From sequence record KJ019142.1: a DNA stretch of 64,000 nucleotides; one strand, written 5' to 3'. Of the stretch, positions 7,723 to 17,219 are shown one piece after another (within the stretch, counting starts at the first letter, position 1; each line of letters begins with the position of its first letter). A model generated the notes under the pieces. That model saw nothing but the letters and a program-made list of their open reading frames with translations, had not been told where the DNA came from and made no database searches. A program made the translations under genes and the position numbers.

Positions 7723-10661
7723 TCACACCGAAGTCCCTACTATCATTCCTATCTGAAGCCGCTGATTCTGAGGCTGCACAACAGGCTAAGGAGATGGGTT
7801 TAACCTCTGCCGGTTATGGTAACTGGAGAGATAGGACGGGCAATGTTGTTGCCAAAACTGTAGATGGTCAGTTGGTAATGATTGATGCCAAGGCAGATCC
7901 TATGGCTAGACCAGAGGCGCCTGAGAAGGAAATGCCACCTGAAGAGGAGGAGGAGCCTCAGTTTGTAGAACCAGATCCAGATATGGTTGAGAAAGTAGCT
8001 AAGGGTCTTTCTGGTGGTAGATATGATATTGCATCAGCACAAAGGAAGAAAGAGTTACTGGCTTCTGCTAGACAGGTATTAATCAATAAACAGATCCAAG
8101 ACGCTCAGATGCAGGCTGACGCTGAGGCTCAGGCAGCGGCACAAAACCCACCAGAACCCACTCCAGAGGAGTTGGCACAACAACAGGCGGATATGGAACT
8201 ACAGCAACAGAATGCTGTAATGGATACCGAACTGAAGGCACAGAGTGTTGAGAACGGGAAACTGGACCTTCAGATGAAGAAGGACCAGATGAAGCAACAG
8301 AAGGAGGCAGAGAAAGAAGCCAAGGCTATGGATAAGTTAGCCAAGAAAGCAGAGGCACAGAAACAAGCAGAAGCCGACGCACAAGCTCAAGCTGAAGCGG
8401 AATCTAGTAATGTTGAGGCAGAACCAGAACCAAAAGCTCCAGCTGAGTTGGATCAATTATTATCGGATATTCGTAGTGGTGACGAGACCAAACTAGCAAA
8501 GTCTCTTCAGAAACTACAGAAGAAAGAAGGTCCTAAAAAGCCAAAACCAAAGGCACCAAAACTAGATATCGAACAGGTAAAGGCTCAAGCAGTAGAAGAC
8601 GCTAAGCCTGGTGATCAACAGACTGCATACTTTGGTCCTCCTCCTGGAAATACAGGTGAGGAGATGAATAATGTAGTTAATCTTATTGAACAAGTATCTA
8701 CAACTAATAAGGGCACAGTTCCAAAGTATGCTCAGAAGATGCTCGATAAGTTCAATGACCCTGTTGCTAAGAAGCAGTTTGGTGAGTATTTGGAGTTTAG
8801 TGCTCAGGAAGAAGCTAGAATCGAAGAGAACTGGAAGAAACTATCCAAAGTTAAAAATATTGATGATGCGAAGAGATTACTTACCGAAGGTATGGGTTTA
8901 ATTGAAGGTCCAAAGGGACTGGAGTTTAGACCAGTATCACCTGGTATGCGTGAGTTCATGTCTATGGCGAAGAGTAATACTCAGAAAGGTTATCGTGGAC
9001 TTCAGTATAGGGAAGTCGCCCACTTAGCAAACCCAGAAGTTCAGGAAAGAATTCTCAATACTGATAGACAGCAAGTTAACGCTGATACTATTATTAACCC
9101 TGATGTAACTTGGGAGATGGCTACCGAACTTTATGACTCTATGTCTGGAAAGGTGAAGGGTGTATTTAACAAACTAGGAGGTGCTGACGCTATGCGTGAG
9201 GCTTTCGATCCCAAAGTTCCTGTAGTATATCTAAAAGATAGTTCTGGTAAGGCTACTGGACTTACTAATATTGATGTTATGGCAAATACTGATCCTGAGA
9301 CATATAAAGAACAGTTTGCTAAAACAGGTGGCAGAAACCGAGGTATCTTTATCATGCAGAAGTTGATGGCTACTGGTGGTATGGATCAACTCACAGGTCT
9401 TCCTAACTTCCTAACTCCTGAGAGTGGAACTATCGATCACCTAGAGGGTAGGTCACAGAAGATGGCGGACAAGTCCATCCGTAAGGACTCTCCTATCAAT
9501 ATGGCTATTGTTTCTAACTCAGTTAACTGGGCAAAGGCAGACGCTGCTGATCCTGAAACTGGAGCAAAGGATACTATTCCTGGTTTGGTTGCTCTAGGTC
9601 AATCTTACAGTGGAGGTATTAACCCAGCTGCCAAGAAAATCATAGAACAGGGTGGTGAAGAATCCATGAAACAAGCTTGGATGACTCAGAGAATTTCGGG
9701 TATTGATATCAGAACACAGGCAGACGCCGAGAAGAAAGATACAGAACCTGATAGTCTTGATACTTTTATGGACGTACCTATGGGTAAATCCGGTGGTGTT
9801 GTTAATAGACTATCGGACGCTACTTCTTTTGGATATGATCTTCGTAATATGACTATGTATTACCCACGTGCGGATCATAAAAATAAGTATGACCAAAACT
9901 CTTGGTCTGGTAACCCCAGAAAAGGTTCAAACCGAGGTTACTATGCAGTTCTAGACGGTTGGAGAAAGTCTGTTCTATCTGGTGCCATGTATGGTCCTGA
10001 GATTAGTAATTTGGTAGATAGTCATAGGGAAGAACTTACCAACGAAGTCCTCAAAAAGAGGGGAGATGAACCAAGACTAAGATCTGAAACTGAAGTTGAT
10101 GAAGAACTCAGAAAGTTTAAGAAGAACTATGTTAAGTATCAGTACTCTATGCCTATGAGAGCCATTGCTTCTGCTTGGACAACTGGTATGATATCAAGAC
10201 AGGATTATATCAAAGAGCTAAAGAGACTTAGTGATAAGGCTCTTGGTCAATTAGGTCCTGGTGGTGAGGTACATAGAGCTAGATTGGTAAAGGAAAGGGA
10301 CGAGTCTCTTAATCAATATCTATCTGAAATTGAAACTCATCAAGGTGTTGACGAACTATCTGAGGTTGACGAGGAGTGGTTGATGGAGAATATTGGAAGC
10401 AATCCTGTTATGAATATGGCTTTATCTGAGTTTGGTAGAGGAGTTTTACGTAAGAAGTATCCAGCTGTTCTAGACGCGTTTGACGCGGGTATTGCTGACG
10501 GCAGTGTTTCTTCAGGTAACTCTTTGACTGTTGGAAATAAAAAGAACGCTAAGAAACTTGTAGATCCGTCACAAGGGAAGTTCTTTGAGCACTTTGACTT
10601 GACAAACCAAGAAAACAGTGGTATGATGGATACGTTAAAGAGGTTGAGGAAAACCCGTTAA
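7719..10661 (+). CDS. 980-aa protein: N-terminal domain shared with the cytidylyltransferase, Gln/Ala/Glu coiled coil, HNH-like motif
   Basis: long ORF; DQLTG...TIDH...DSPINMAIVSNSVNWAK at about 9380-9540 resembles a beta-beta-alpha-metal core. Confidence 0.7.
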   Translation: MITPKSLLSFLSEAADSEAAQQAKEMGLTSAGYGNWRDRTGNVVAKTVDGQLVMIDAKADPMARPEAPEKEMPPEEEEEPQFVEPDPDMVEKVAKGLSGGRYDIASAQRKKELLASARQVLINKQIQDAQMQADAEAQAAAQNPPEPTPEELAQQQADMELQQQNAVMDTELKAQSVENGKLDLQMKKDQMKQQKEAEKEAKAMDKLAKKAEAQKQAEADAQAQAEAESSNVEAEPEPKAPAELDQLLSDIRSGDETKLAKSLQKLQKKEGPKKPKPKAPKLDIEQVKAQAVEDAKPGDQQTAYFGPPPGNTGEEMNNVVNLIEQVSTTNKGTVPKYAQKMLDKFNDPVAKKQFGEYLEFSAQEEARIEENWKKLSKVKNIDDAKRLLTEGMGLIEGPKGLEFRPVSPGMREFMSMAKSNTQKGYRGLQYREVAHLANPEVQERILNTDRQQVNADTIINPDVTWEMATELYDSMSGKVKGVFNKLGGADAMREAFDPKVPVVYLKDSSGKATGLTNIDVMANTDPETYKEQFAKTGGRNRGIFIMQKLMATGGMDQLTGLPNFLTPESGTIDHLEGRSQKMADKSIRKDSPINMAIVSNSVNWAKADAADPETGAKDTIPGLVALGQSYSGGINPAAKKIIEQGGEESMKQAWMTQRISGIDIRTQADAEKKDTEPDSLDTFMDVPMGKSGGVVNRLSDATSFGYDLRNMTMYYPRADHKNKYDQNSWSGNPRKGSNRGYYAVLDGWRKSVLSGAMYGPEISNLVDSHREELTNEVLKKRGDEPRLRSETEVDEELRKFKKNYVKYQYSMPMRAIASAWTTGMISRQDYIKELKRLSDKALGQLGPGGEVHRARLVKERDESLNQYLSEIETHQGVDELSEVDEEWLMENIGSNPVMNMALSEFGRGVLRKKYPAVLDAFDAGIADGSVSSGNSLTVGNKKNAKKLVDPSQGKFFEHFDLTNQENSGMMDTLKRLRKTR

Positions 10662-11542
10662 TGGCAAAACCATTATTCAAATGGACTGGGGGTAAGGGGC
10701 GACTCCTTCAAAAGTACACAGACCTAAACTTTTTCCCCGACTCTAGTCAGTTTGATACTTTCGTTGATTTGTTCTTTGGTGGGGGTGCTGTGACTATGTG
10801 GGTTGCTGAAAAGTATCCAGATAAGAAACTTATTATTAACGATCTCAATACTGAGATGATGAATCTGTATATTCAGATTCGAGATAACTGGGAAGAATTC
10901 AGGGAACACTACCTGCGCATCAGTGGGGTGTTTATTGAAACCCCTCAGGATAAAAGGAAAGCTTTATATAATTGTTATAAGAAACGATATGCCTGGAACT
11001 ATAAGTGGTTGAGTGAAGCTGAGATAGCTGCTAACCTTTTGGTTATGTTAAAGACAAACTTTAACGGTATCTGGCAGGGATATATTATGTACGGCGGTAG
11101 ATACTCTACACCCCCTGGACATATCAATTACAAACCCACACTCTTTGATATCAATAAAGTAGAACAGTTCCGAGACGTTCTTTGTAGGTCTACAATATAT
11201 AACCGTTCTTTTGAAGACGTACCTATCCCTGAGAACTCTTGGGTATTTGCTGATCCTCCATATCGTGACACCAAGAAGATGTACTCCGACCAGTTCGACG
11301 ATGAACTGCAGAGTAAATTAGCTAACTTTTTAACTTCCAATAGCTGCTTATATGCGGAGTCTAATAAGGAAACCGGTGACGGTTTTTGGCAGGCACATTA
11401 TCCAGAAGAACACATTAAGTTTCTAGATCATAAGTATACCTGTGGTCACGGTGGTGCAGTAAACCCTGTAACTGAAGTTCTTATAAAGAACTATGGGAAT
11501 AATATCCCACAACCAACTACCCTTGATTCCTTTTTTAACTGA
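10661..11542 (+). CDS. dam: DNA adenine methyltransferase (Dam/D12 family), copy 2
   Basis: FKWTGGKG, FVDLFFGGGAV, IINDLN, FADPPY motifs. Confidence 0.92.
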   Translation: MAKPLFKWTGGKGRLLQKYTDLNFFPDSSQFDTFVDLFFGGGAVTMWVAEKYPDKKLIINDLNTEMMNLYIQIRDNWEEFREHYLRISGVFIETPQDKRKALYNCYKKRYAWNYKWLSEAEIAANLLVMLKTNFNGIWQGYIMYGGRYSTPPGHINYKPTLFDINKVEQFRDVLCRSTIYNRSFEDVPIPENSWVFADPPYRDTKKMYSDQFDDELQSKLANFLTSNSCLYAESNKETGDGFWQAHYPEEHIKFLDHKYTCGHGGAVNPVTEVLIKNYGNNIPQPTTLDSFFN

Positions 11543-11544
11543 TT

Positions 11545-12237
11545 ATGCAAAAGAAAAACCGTATCTCCCACGAAGAAGAAATCAAACTATGTCGCCAAGC
11601 ACAACTACATGATCATACATCCAAGTATGCTATGACTAAAATGGTTAACGCTAATATTGGGTTGGTTGAAAAACTTGCCAACAAACTCTACATCAAGAAT
11701 GATCAATACTCTTTTGATGACCTATACCAAGAGGGTGTATTTGGTCTTATCAGAGGAGTGAATAAGTTTGATCCTAGTGTTGGGTGTAGGTTTTCCACAT
11801 ATTCATACTACTGGATCTATAGTTATATCATGAGGTATTGTGAGAATAACCTAGGTAAGATCCGTATTCCCACTCACCTCCGTGAGAAGATGAGGAAACA
11901 GAAAGATAATAAGGTAGAGTTGGACAGACTAAAGTCCAAAGTCCCGTCAGTAGTATCATTAAATACAATAGTGGGTGAATCACTATCCTTGGATAATGTA
12001 GTTACATACACCGAGAATATCTCATTTGATGATGAGATGGAACATGTTTTGGTTGTTATGGATGAGGTTTTGGATGAAAGAGAACACCAGGTTCTCTGTA
12101 GTAGGTTTGGTATTGGTGGCGAGAAGCCACTATCCCAGAGAGAGTGTGCTAAACTACACAATGTTACCCATGGTGCTATCTATTTGATTGAGAAGAAATC
12201 AATCAAGAAAATCAAACACCATATGGGGTATAAATAA
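11545..12237 (+). CDS. sigma70-family RNA polymerase sigma factor (not gp55-type)
   Basis: region 2 DDLYQEGVFGLIRGVNKFDPSVGCRFSTYSYYWI; region 4 HTH LDEREHQVLCSRFGIGGEKPLSQRECAK. Confidence 0.9.
   Translation: MQKKNRISHEEEIKLCRQAQLHDHTSKYAMTKMVNANIGLVEKLANKLYIKNDQYSFDDLYQEGVFGLIRGVNKFDPSVGCRFSTYSYYWIYSYIMRYCENNLGKIRIPTHLREKMRKQKDNKVELDRLKSKVPSVVSLNTIVGESLSLDNVVTYTENISFDDEMEHVLVVMDEVLDEREHQVLCSRFGIGGEKPLSQRECAKLHNVTHGAIYLIEKKSIKKIKHHMGYK
12229..12236 (+). promoter_or_regulatory. T4-type late promoter TATAAATA
   Basis: exact match upstream of the cytidylyltransferase; further exact copies at 13447, 15397, 51671, 53655, 55834. Confidence 0.8.
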
Positions 12238-12253
12238 TACTATAGTAGATTCT

Positions 12254-13468
12254 ATGACGATGAGATCGTTTCTAACATTCCTAACTGAGGCTCGTTCTCG
12301 TGCATCTAAAAGAGCCAAAGAGTTGGGACTCACTGGCAACGGTCATGGTGGATGGGAAGATAGCGAAGGTAACCTAGTCGCTATGACTGTGAAGGGTGAT
12401 CTGGAGTTTGTGAAGGGAAGAGAACCCAAAGAGGAAGAAGAACCCGATGAAAAGACTTCTGCCCCTGAAGAGGAACCAACATCCAACAAAGCGCCTGGGG
12501 TAGATCCAGAAAATACAGATACCCCACAACAGGAACAACCAGCACCTGTTCCCAAAGATAAAGGTATTCTAACTGTTGCTTTCGGTAGGTTTAACCCTCC
12601 TACTATTGGGCATGAGAAGTTAATTAATACGGTAGCATCATATTCCGAGGATGGAGATTATATTATTGTTCCTTCCCGTAGTGAAGATAAGAAGAAGAAT
12701 CCTCTAGATGTTGATACAAAAGTCAGCATCATGAGGCAGATGTATCCACAACATGCCGAGAAGATTGTTAACGATCCACATAACAGAACCATCTTTGATG
12801 TTATGCGTAAGGCGCATAATGATGGTTACGCTGGTATTAGGATTGTTGGTGGTGGAGATAGAGTTAAGGAATATGAGAAGTTAGCCAACGCATATAACGG
12901 ATCTACCTATCAGTTTGATGAAATTGATATAGTAAACGCTGGTGACAGGGATCCAGATGCGGAAGGTGCGGAAGGTATGTCTGCCTCCAAGATGAGAAAG
13001 GCGGCAGCTGATAATGACTTTGCTTCTTTTAGAAAGGGAATGCCAAAGACTCTCAGTAACGACCAGATGGTTTCTATCTACACTCAGGTTCAGAAGTCTA
13101 TGGGTGTAACACCTAAGGAAGCTGTAATTGAAAACTGGAAAGTTGCTCCTAGACTGTATCCACAGGAACTGAGAGAGGCTTATATCCAAAACGAAATCTA
13201 TAATATTGGTGATACTGTCAGTCATGACACCACTGGTATGGTAGGTAAGATCGTAAGAAAGGGAACCAATCACCTCATTTGTGTAACAGAAAGTGAAGAG
13301 ATGTTTAAGACCTGGACACAGGATGTGAGTCCTGCCGACCTAAAACCACAACCAGCAATCTCTACTCCAAAGGAGAGGGAAGTTGGAACAGATTCCCTCA
13401 GATCTTTCCTTCAGAGAATCACTCCAGGGGAGAAAGAGCAATCCTTTATAAATAAACATAAGAAATAA
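12254..13468 (+). CDS. cytidylyltransferase-like nucleotidyltransferase (HIGH superfamily)
   Basis: AFGRFNPPTIGHEKL, KNPL, GGDRV, GMSASKMR motifs; start taken at ATG after the late promoter. Confidence 0.88.
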   Translation: MTMRSFLTFLTEARSRASKRAKELGLTGNGHGGWEDSEGNLVAMTVKGDLEFVKGREPKEEEEPDEKTSAPEEEPTSNKAPGVDPENTDTPQQEQPAPVPKDKGILTVAFGRFNPPTIGHEKLINTVASYSEDGDYIIVPSRSEDKKKNPLDVDTKVSIMRQMYPQHAEKIVNDPHNRTIFDVMRKAHNDGYAGIRIVGGGDRVKEYEKLANAYNGSTYQFDEIDIVNAGDRDPDAEGAEGMSASKMRKAAADNDFASFRKGMPKTLSNDQMVSIYTQVQKSMGVTPKEAVIENWKVAPRLYPQELREAYIQNEIYNIGDTVSHDTTGMVGKIVRKGTNHLICVTESEEMFKTWTQDVSPADLKPQPAISTPKEREVGTDSLRSFLQRITPGEKEQSFINKHKK

Positions 13469-13487
13469 GACAGTTCCTTTTTAGAAG

Positions 13488-14984
13488 ATGGATTTCAACG
13501 TAACCGAAGCTGTCGAGCTAATCGTATTGTTAGCCGAGACAGAACAGCTAACACTACAAGATGCTCTACAGGAGTTCCTATCAGAGACCGAATTGGACTC
13601 TGAAACGGCATCCCATCTAAAGGGTGCCCTCTTTGAGAAATATTCACTCAGGGAGATGGCTACTGACGCCGTAACAAACGCTATGATGAAAGTGTTTGTT
13701 AGTCGTCCAGTAGTAGAAGAGGAAGTGGAGACTCCTGATGGTAATCTCTATTTTGTAGAGGTTGAACTAGAGGAGGAAGTTCTAGAAGGTTATCTAACCC
13801 TAGAAGAAATCCAGAATATGAGAGTGGATGCTGATGTTCTATCCGTTAAGTTAGTTGATGAAGGTGTTCGTGACACTGACGCCGAGAAAGGAACAGAGGA
13901 AAGAAAGAAACGCCTTGAGAAGAAGCGTGGAATGAAGTTGGACGACCATCCTCAGTATCTGGAAACAGATATGAAGAAGCGTCAGGAGAATAACGAGAAG
14001 GCTCGTAAGGATATGGATAAAGTGAAGGGTCAGAAGAACCCCCACTTCGAAGAGTATGATATTTCTGAAGGTCGCAAAGAAGGTGAGTCTTCTAAAGATT
14101 ACGCCGATAGAATGACTAAGAAGTATTCTGGTGGTAAGTCTAAGTCCTATGATCCCATGAAGGATAAGAACTTCGACCATGACAAGGCAGAAAGAACCCG
14201 TGGTTCTATGGAAGAAGGTCTAGACGCCGTAGGTGGCGAAGACGCTGACATTAATAACGATAATAAGGTTGATAAGACTGATAAGTATCTACACAATCGT
14301 CGTAAGGCTATCGGAAAGGCGATGAAGAAGGAATCAGCTTGGGCTGAGTATCTAAATCGTAGAGGAATCTCTGAGGAAGTATTCTCTGAAGGTGACCTAA
14401 TTGATGCAGGTCGTAAGAATGAGGGAGAAAGAAGGGGAAAAAAGATTACCGGGGAGGGTGTTGATAACTCCTCCTCTGTGAAGTTGATGCCTCGTATCGC
14501 TGAAGCTGCTATTATCACTGAGAAGTCAGAGAGTAAGTCACAACAGCGTCTCTTTGGTATGGTAAGAGCAGCTCAGAAGGGTGAGAAACCCGCCTCTGGT
14601 AAGGTTGCTGAACTAGCTTCTAAGGTTGGTAAGAAAGACGTTCTAGACTTCGCTAAGACAAAACACAAGGGTTTGAAAGAGAACTGTTGTGATAAGTGTG
14701 GCACTCCTGATTGTACTTGTGATGAGAAGCCCAAGGCTAAGAAAAAGAAAGCTAAACTAGATGAAGCAGGGATGCCTATTCTAGAGTATTCTAGAAACAA
14801 CGCTGAAGGTCCTACACCTGAAATGATTGATCCTCCAAAGGATGAAGAAGGTAAGAAGGGTGTAAAGAACCCTAAAGGTAAGGCTAAGAGACCTGGTGCA
14901 GGTGACAGAAGACCTAACGACGGTGGTTCCGAACTACCATTCGATATGGGAACCGTACCTGGTGGCGGCGGTTGTGGTTGCTAA
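13488..14984 (+). CDS. late, highly charged hypothetical protein (possible head internal protein)
   Basis: 498 aa, TATAAATA at 13447; DADINNDNKVDKTDKYLHNRRKAI and SKSQQRLFGMV motifs typical of cyanomyophage late proteins. Confidence 0.75.
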   Translation: MDFNVTEAVELIVLLAETEQLTLQDALQEFLSETELDSETASHLKGALFEKYSLREMATDAVTNAMMKVFVSRPVVEEEVETPDGNLYFVEVELEEEVLEGYLTLEEIQNMRVDADVLSVKLVDEGVRDTDAEKGTEERKKRLEKKRGMKLDDHPQYLETDMKKRQENNEKARKDMDKVKGQKNPHFEEYDISEGRKEGESSKDYADRMTKKYSGGKSKSYDPMKDKNFDHDKAERTRGSMEEGLDAVGGEDADINNDNKVDKTDKYLHNRRKAIGKAMKKESAWAEYLNRRGISEEVFSEGDLIDAGRKNEGERRGKKITGEGVDNSSSVKLMPRIAEAAIITEKSESKSQQRLFGMVRAAQKGEKPASGKVAELASKVGKKDVLDFAKTKHKGLKENCCDKCGTPDCTCDEKPKAKKKKAKLDEAGMPILEYSRNNAEGPTPEMIDPPKDEEGKKGVKNPKGKAKRPGAGDRRPNDGGSELPFDMGTVPGGGGCGC

Positions 14985-15010
14985 ATAGTGATGTAGTTTT
15001 TAGGTATTAC

Positions 15011-15187
15011 ATGTCAAAAGTAGTGAGTCTACTCAAGCCAGCACTTCTCTGGTTACGTGATTCTACCGAAGTGAAGAAGTTAGTAATTGAACTCCTCCAG
15101 CGTTACGCTGAGAGTACGAAGACTGATGTTGATGATTTACTCGTCGCCACAGTCAGTAAAGCACTCCTCCCCGAAGGAGTTGAGTGA
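15011..15187 (+). CDS. small hypothetical protein
   Basis: 58 aa from ATG 15011. Confidence 0.65.
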   Translation: MSKVVSLLKPALLWLRDSTEVKKLVIELLQRYAESTKTDVDDLLVATVSKALLPEGVE

Positions 15188-15360
15188 TGGAGTGTTTGTT
15201 AGTATCCCATACTACGTTTTGGGTACTAACAGGCGCGTTACTTCTTTCTGAAGCTATCGGTGAAACCAAATGGATTAAATCCAATGGAATTTTGTCATTC
15301 ATCTTTGAACTTTTAGAGCAACTAGCTCGTATAGTCCGAAAGGCACTATATCAACGTTAA
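15187..15360 (+). CDS. small membrane protein (57 aa)
   Basis: hydrophobic FWVLTGALLLSEAIG...KSNGILSFIFELL; read by eye. Confidence 0.55.
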   Translation: MECLLVSHTTFWVLTGALLLSEAIGETKWIKSNGILSFIFELLEQLARIVRKALYQR

Positions 15361-15393
15361 CCTAGGGGGTATTCAAAACCTTCTAGGTTTTTT
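15360..15393 (+). terminator. intrinsic terminator
   Basis: ACCTAG..GG/CC..CTAGGT stem plus T run. Confidence 0.65.
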
Positions 15394-15439
15394 CTATATA
15401 AATAAAACTACCGGATATTCACACTAAAGGAATCAACAA

Positions 15440-16246
15440 ATGGCACTCTGGGGAAACAAAGACAATTTATCAGGTCCAACTCCAGTTACTATTGTCGGCA
15501 CAGCAACCTCCGAGTTTTGGACTGCTGCCGCAACTGGAATTGGCACTATCGCAACAGGAACAACCATCGTATTAGGTGATGGTGGTTCAGCAGGTTTTGC
15601 AGTCATCGAAGCAAGTTTGGGGGCAGACCTAGTAAAGGTTAACCACCTATCAGCACTTGCTGGATCTAACTCGGCTGTATATTCACTACAACCTATTTCA
15701 CTTAAGAACGATCCTGGATACGCACCTACTTCAGCCGATGGCTCACTAGGACGTACTCAGAGACCAGTTGGTTTGAGTTCTGCAAACATGACAGCATCAG
15801 CTGGAACTGTGTGGGAAGCTGATCACAGTGGTTGGGTTGGAGTTACAACCTACATGGACAACTCAGCAACACCTCCAGTGATGCGTGTTAAGAAGGAAGT
15901 TCTAGTCGCTATGTCTGGTATTCAGACTGGTGGACGTGAGTATCCTGGTATGTTCAGTAACGCAGCTGCCGCAGTTGTTATTGGTGCAGCATCCGTAAGT
16001 GGTTCTGCCACACCTGTAGCACTCACACCATCAGCATATACAGTATCTACTGCTTCAGCAACCGCTGGTGACCTAACCTATGTTTGGTCTACTAACGATG
16101 GTTCTGCTACAATTACTGGTGGCACTACAACTACCGCTAACATTGGATTCAGTACAGCTGGTAGCTACAACGTTACTTGTACAGTTTCTTCTGGAACTGC
16201 CTCTGATTCACCATCAGCAGATACACTTGCAGTAGTCGCTAGCTGA
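15440..16246 (+). CDS. probable virion structural protein with C-terminal Ig/PKD-like domain
   Basis: late promoter 15397; Ala/Thr/Ser/Gly rich; YVWS...FSTAGSYNVTCTV beta-sandwich pattern. Confidence 0.65.
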   Translation: MALWGNKDNLSGPTPVTIVGTATSEFWTAAATGIGTIATGTTIVLGDGGSAGFAVIEASLGADLVKVNHLSALAGSNSAVYSLQPISLKNDPGYAPTSADGSLGRTQRPVGLSSANMTASAGTVWEADHSGWVGVTTYMDNSATPPVMRVKKEVLVAMSGIQTGGREYPGMFSNAAAAVVIGAASVSGSATPVALTPSAYTVSTASATAGDLTYVWSTNDGSATITGGTTTTANIGFSTAGSYNVTCTVSSGTASDSPSADTLAVVAS

Positions 16247-16262
16247 TAACCAAGAGTAAGAG

Positions 16263-16646
16263 ATGAGATTTGACGAACTAAATGATGATAATTATCTCTT
16301 GTTTGCTATCAAGTTTTACGAGAACCCTCACGCGGTAACCCGTGATGATTTTGAGGATGATCTGAAGAAGATTAAGTATGTTAAACGTCTACTAAGACGT
16401 TATAGAAATATGGGTGTGTTAAAAACGCACCTCATACTTAATCACTTGATAGTATTATTCAATGTATTTGGGGATGCTGCCGTTCCCCTCCTGTTCTATA
16501 ACATAGAAAAGGACCTATGGCCAGCACTGAAGGGGTTCCTTGTGTTTATGCACAAACTTCCTGAGTTTCCTAGGACACTTATGGACGAGGTTCCCTTAGA
16601 CGAATATTGCCTAGAACAACTGGAGAACATAGATGAGTCATCCTAA
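16263..16646 (+). CDS. conserved T4-like phage hypothetical protein
   Basis: MRFDELNDDNYLLFAIKFY...HLILNHLIVLFNVFG pattern seen upstream of primase in T4-like phages. Confidence 0.75.
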   Translation: MRFDELNDDNYLLFAIKFYENPHAVTRDDFEDDLKKIKYVKRLLRRYRNMGVLKTHLILNHLIVLFNVFGDAAVPLLFYNIEKDLWPALKGFLVFMHKLPEFPRTLMDEVPLDEYCLEQLENIDESS

Positions 16647-16818
16647 ACTAGATATTCTAATAGAAGCCTTCAGGAAACTGAGGGAAGACGCAGGGATGAC
16701 TGTAGGTGGTGGTAACATTGCCGGTATGCCTCCAGAAGATACTGATCCCCCTGTGGATCTAAAGAAGAAAAAGAAGAAGGTATTATCTACCTTCCGTAGA
16801 AGTTTACCCAACCAGTAG
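16633..16818 (+). CDS. small hypothetical protein
   Basis: 61 aa ORF in operon. Confidence 0.6.
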   Translation: MSHPKLDILIEAFRKLREDAGMTVGGGNIAGMPPEDTDPPVDLKKKKKKVLSTFRRSLPNQ

Positions 16819-16825
16819 GAAATTT

Positions 16826-17212
16826 ATGTTCCAGAGGAATGACAATGTGAAATTGGCAGTCCTTGAGGAGAAACTAAGTACAACATCTGAAGTTATCTCC
16901 AAGCTTGATGAAAATATCGAGCAACTTAGTCATCTGAGTGTCAATGTCAGCAAAATGTTAGCTGTCCACGAAGAAAAGATAGAGGTTTCCAGAGAAGCCC
17001 ACCTAGAAACTGAAAAGGAAATAGGAGAACTATCAGACAGATTAGAAGAAAAGTATAAATGTTTAGCTAAAAGACTCACTGCTTTGGAGTTTAGAGTCTG
17101 GATGGCTGCGGGCGCCTTTGCTATTATAGGTATCTGCCTCCAAATTGGTATTATAGAGGGCGTCACATTATCCCAAAAGTCTGTTATAATGGAGGTGTCC
17201 CAGACTGAGTGA
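16826..17212 (+). CDS. coiled-coil protein with C-terminal transmembrane segment
   Basis: heptad-rich body, VWMAAGAFAIIGICLQIGII tail. Confidence 0.7.
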   Translation: MFQRNDNVKLAVLEEKLSTTSEVISKLDENIEQLSHLSVNVSKMLAVHEEKIEVSREAHLETEKEIGELSDRLEEKYKCLAKRLTALEFRVWMAAGAFAIIGICLQIGIIEGVTLSQKSVIMEVSQTE

Positions 17213-17219
17213 ATACTGA

